A DNA stretch of 64,000 bases, taken from Eledone cirrhosa (Eukaryota). The notes under the pieces were generated by a model that saw nothing but the letters and a program-made list of their open reading frames with translations, had not been told where the DNA came from and searched no databases. Position 1 is the first letter of the stretch; each line of letters starts with the position of its first letter. Below, piece after piece: positions 60,171-64,000 of this stretch. Made by a program: the position numbers and the translations under genes. The DNA lies in the NCBI GenBank assembly GCA_964016885.1, contig OZ024741.1, positions 384,772,001 to 384,836,000 on the forward strand, written 5' to 3'.

Positions 60171-60859
60171 AAGACGTTGATGTTGCATAAATCGTTTATT
60201 CACAATAATTATTTCAACAGTTTTCTTATACAATCCAAGATGTAATTTATGCATTTGTTGTTGTTATGAGAACGGTATGATGAGATGAAAATCCGATTTT
60301 GTGATATGCTACAAGCAAAAAAAACAAAACAAAATAACACATCCTTTTACTCGTGTGCCCGGCTGACATATAACTTCCTAAAGGGTCTACCTAGCCATTG
60401 GGTTTACAGTTTGTGGAGCGAGGTGTTATCTATGTGTGAAGTAATGAATCTGGTCTCATGTCCTAACACAGAATTGTGGTCGTAAATTACCAAAAAATAT
60501 ATCTTTTCAACCATGTGGTGGGACCCGTACCAGACATTAGTCTATGTGTCTCTAGATTTCACCAGATACTAGGAGTAATAAATGACATTTCGAGGGTGGG
60601 CGATATAACCAGTGTGATGAGAGCTATAGTCAAGACAACAGCAACAACAACAACACTGACTACATCGTCTACATTGACCGCTGTAGCAGCACACTATTAA
60701 TGACAACTACATCAACACTAGACAGCCAATACAATTACCACTTAAATGAAGCATCGGTGACAACAACAACAACAACATTAGTAATGAATTCGCTCACAAT
60801 AATGACGGCAACAATAGTCACCGCTGTGGTGGTACTGGTCGTCGATAACAAACTCCCAT

Positions 60860-60928
<69 letters not shown>
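60860..60928. repeat. Compound (CAA)n(TAA)n microsatellite
   Basis: Directly visible. Confidence 0.96.
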
Positions 60929-61073
60929 TAACGACAACAGTAGTCAGTCGTAACTACATTGATATTTATAACAACAACGCCTGGAAAACTTTGGAATAAG
61001 AATTGTGATCGGACTACCAGACTGTAAATTGAACATAAGAATAAATATGAACGGGGTATCTAGGGAAGGAAAT

Positions 61074-61076
<3 letters not shown>

Positions 61077-61140
<64 letters not shown>

Positions 61141-61177
61141 CGCGAACTCACTAACTTTCTTACAGATAGCGTATAAG

Positions 61178-61234
<57 letters not shown>

Positions 61235-61374
61235 TAATAATAAATTTCAAGACTAAAATCCAAAGAGGGCTCGATAAGGATAAATATATATCAAATATAT
61301 AAGAACCGAAGAGCAAAGATCCCGTTAAGGGTGAAAGCAGCGATTCTTTGCTTAAACTTTAATCTGTTATTTTA

Positions 61375-61428
<54 letters not shown>
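61077..61428. repeat. Three (TA)n microsatellites (61077-61137, 61181-61231, 61380-61428) separated by short unique inserts
   Basis: Directly visible. Confidence 0.95.
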
Positions 61429-61431
<3 letters not shown>

Positions 61432-61648
61432 ATAAGAAACGGAGAATAAGTGGTGCGACGAATAAGATTTATTAGACATATTACAATCGTTTCTCTGGCG
61501 ACCAGCTCGAGGCACGATCGATGCAATGATCAAACCTAATTCTGAAATCGCAAGATTGTGCCTGGAGCTGGACGTCAGAGAAACGATTGTAATATGTCCT
61601 ATAAATCTTATTCGTCGCACCACTGATTCTTCGTTTCTTATGTGATAT
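61425..61648. mobile_element. Second fold-back element: ~95-bp inverted arms (61425-61519 and 61554-61648) with a ~34-bp spacer, abutting (TA)n
   Basis: atatcacataagaaacggagaataagtggtgcgacgaataagatttat... is mirrored by ...ataaatcttattcgtcgcaccactgattcttcgtttcttatgtgatat. Confidence 0.8.
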
Positions 61649-62019
61649 TAGACTCTGCTCTGTAAGAGCATCGAGTGCTCAAACGGTATATCGTTTACGG
61701 ACGCTTTAAGCAAATGGTTGAATCATGGTTTCTTTATATTTCTTAAAGGGAGTAATTGGGGAAGATAGAGTAGAAAAGGAAGATAGAAAGAAAGGGAGAG
61801 GGAGAGATAGATATGTAGGGGTAGGAGAAATGGGAGAGCGAGGTTTGAAGAATACAGATAGCATAATCTAAATGCTATGACAGAGGTCCAACAAGTGGTT
61901 TTATTATACTGCTTACTCTCAAAGTGACAACTTAGGCATTGTATTGGTAGTATCAAGTTTGGAAGTATTTATTGTCACAGAGGGCAGGTTAATAGATGTG
62001 GAGAAGGAGGTAGATAGAC

Positions 62020-62023
62020 AGAG

Positions 62024-62061
<38 letters not shown>

Positions 62062-62093
62062 GAAGAAAGAGAGAGAGAGAAAGAGAGAGAGAG
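62020..62093. repeat. Imperfect (GA)n microsatellite in a purine-rich tract
   Basis: Directly visible. Confidence 0.93.
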
Positions 62094-62790
62094 GGAACAG
62101 AAAAAGTTAAGAGAAGGGGAAGGAAAGGCGATATACACCGAGTTGATAGTTGTAGTTTGCTGATCGTACTTAAGTATACATTTATTACGATAAGTAAGGT
62201 ACTGGTTAGTAGTGGGAGGGGGGGGGGGATATAGTTAGGAAGTAAGTAATGAGTTAAATTAGTTAGCGATAAAGTGGTGTAATAGTCTCGGGTTCAAATT
62301 ATGCTAAGTTACTTTTATAGTGAGAAAATTTAGCCTTCAGTTTGTGGTTGCAGTATAACGATCGTTCGATTCTGTTAGTAAATTGTTTTTAGATTTCAAG
62401 TTATAAAAAAGTTCAAGGTTGCATAATCTGCAGTATTTTAATCCACTCCGATATTCACTAGCGCTGGATAATTTATCCCATTTTAGGGTGAACTTCTGGT
62501 TGTGTTCGCGGAGTTGCCAGATCTTATTAGCGAGTGTAGTTACATAGCGGTGTTCAGGATGTTTAATCGAAAATCGATGACGATACCAGCGTGATTTAAA
62601 GGAGGTAGTAGTAGACCCATTCGTTCTGGCGATTTGGTAGTACGAGCAGCATTTGAAAATTGAGTATCTGCAAATTAATAACTACTAATTTGCATATAGC
62701 ATGACTAGGCTGTGTAACTACTAAAGAAACATTTGTAAACACTTGGAATAAATTACCTTTTTATGATATCTATCTGTTTTGTTAATCATT

Positions 62791-62793
<3 letters not shown>

Positions 62794-62836
<43 letters not shown>
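62794..62836. repeat. (TA)n microsatellite
   Basis: Directly visible. Confidence 0.96.
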
Positions 62837-62841
<5 letters not shown>

Positions 62842-62974
62842 AAAAGGGAAGTAAAGTTCTATACAAAACACTGGATATAGAGAAAGGTGAAGTTAGAAAT
62901 AGCACGGAAAATATATTTAAGGGTCTGTTTTTCTTGTTTTCTACTTTCTTTGATTCGTCAAATGATGTCACTTT

Positions 62975-63155
<181 letters not shown>

Positions 63156-63778
63156 ATGTATATGTCACAATTTTCAAGAGAAAAGAAGGATAAGGCTTAA
63201 TATTACAGGGTCTATCTTTGACATGATCAACATATTTCAATTTATACTTGATTGAGAAATATATCGCAAACCAATTCACACCAATAATGAACAGAAAGTT
63301 AGAGCCAATGTTGCAGAAACAGTATGAAATGTTAGCTATCTCCTTTCAGGGCAACTAACGAAACACCAGTGACGTAACACACCATGTAACACCAGCCTCT
63401 TGTTTTTTCGTTCCAACAACCATGACGAAAATTCGATCATAATCGGTGTATCCAATTTACTGGATAATAATGGGAAAGCACGGTTTGGAAGTAACGACAG
63501 CCACACATACGCACACACAAGCCACTGGAAAGATGCATAGAAGGTAGCACAACAACGTAGAGACAGAGGAAAACAATGAAGTTTCTTTTGATCAGGACAA
63601 CAAAAGTTATATACAAATGCAAATAAAATATATTACCACTGGAAACAGGACTGGATACGGTGCAGGCAAGTTGTGCAAATGATAACGCAGAAAGGATAGA
63701 AATATAAATAGTTTCGTCACATGAAGAAGATCTAGATAGATAGATATATAGATCAAGGTAAGATCTGTTCATTTGGTC

Positions 63779-64000
63779 CCATTTTAAGTCCTGGTATCGG
63801 TTAATTTTCTCCCTCTCCTTTTCTTGCACTCTCGTGTCAAATGGGCAGGCTACATCTACAATCAGGCACGATCTTTTTTCCTCGTCAAAACCACCAGGAC
63901 AGGCCTATATGTTCTAATTTCTTGTCCATCTGTATCCTAAAATCCCATAGCACCTTCACCTGATCGTTTTCTATCACCAACTCTGGCTTATGCTTATACC
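63779..64000 (-). mobile_element. Decayed restriction-like endonuclease (RLE) domain of an R4/Dong-like non-LTR retrotransposon; continues beyond the window
   Basis: Manual translation across two frameshifts gives YKHKPELVIENDQVKVLWDFRIQMDKKLEH / RPVLVV / FDEEKRSCLIVDVACPFDTRVQEKEREKINRYQDLKW. This matches the recalled pattern WY.H.P..V.EN...KILWD..IQTD.....RPD.V......C.IIDVA.P.D....KE.EK..KY.DL. Confidence 0.88.

Noticed and set aside
62270-62305. tRNA or SINE B-box-like GGTTCAAAT
   Set aside because: No cloverleaf or convincing A box is present; at most it is a decayed SINE trace.
63310-63560. Possible piggyBac-like Cys-rich C-terminus on the minus strand (...HWCFVSCPERR*LTFH)
   Set aside because: The cysteine spacing is incomplete and no TTAA/TIR was identified; blastx would be needed.

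Overview
This is eukaryotic, gene-free repetitive DNA; the microsatellite and transposon style suggests an AT-rich invertebrate, possibly a cephalopod, but the taxon is an inference. Bases 1-57419 are one tandem satellite of a 32-bp monomer (CCACTACA[G/C]TGACCACAGTATCAATGTATTGT, about 1,790 units, running off the left edge). Rare variants reveal nested higher-order duplications of about 1.3, 4.06, 5.3, 8.0 and 28.6 kb, and four identical copies of a 47-bp internal inversion. The array ends abruptly, fused to a minus-strand fragment resembling the C-terminus of an RTE-clade LINE ORF. The last 6.6 kb holds many microsatellites, two fold-back elements and a frameshifted R4/Dong-like retrotransposon endonuclease fragment. 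The larger fold-back element (59529-60132) carries an outward-facing minimal type I hammerhead ribozyme in each arm, one near-intact and one mutated, around a spacer with three octamer-motif repeats. No host CDS, tRNA, rRNA or CRISPR array is supported. All comparisons were made by eye.
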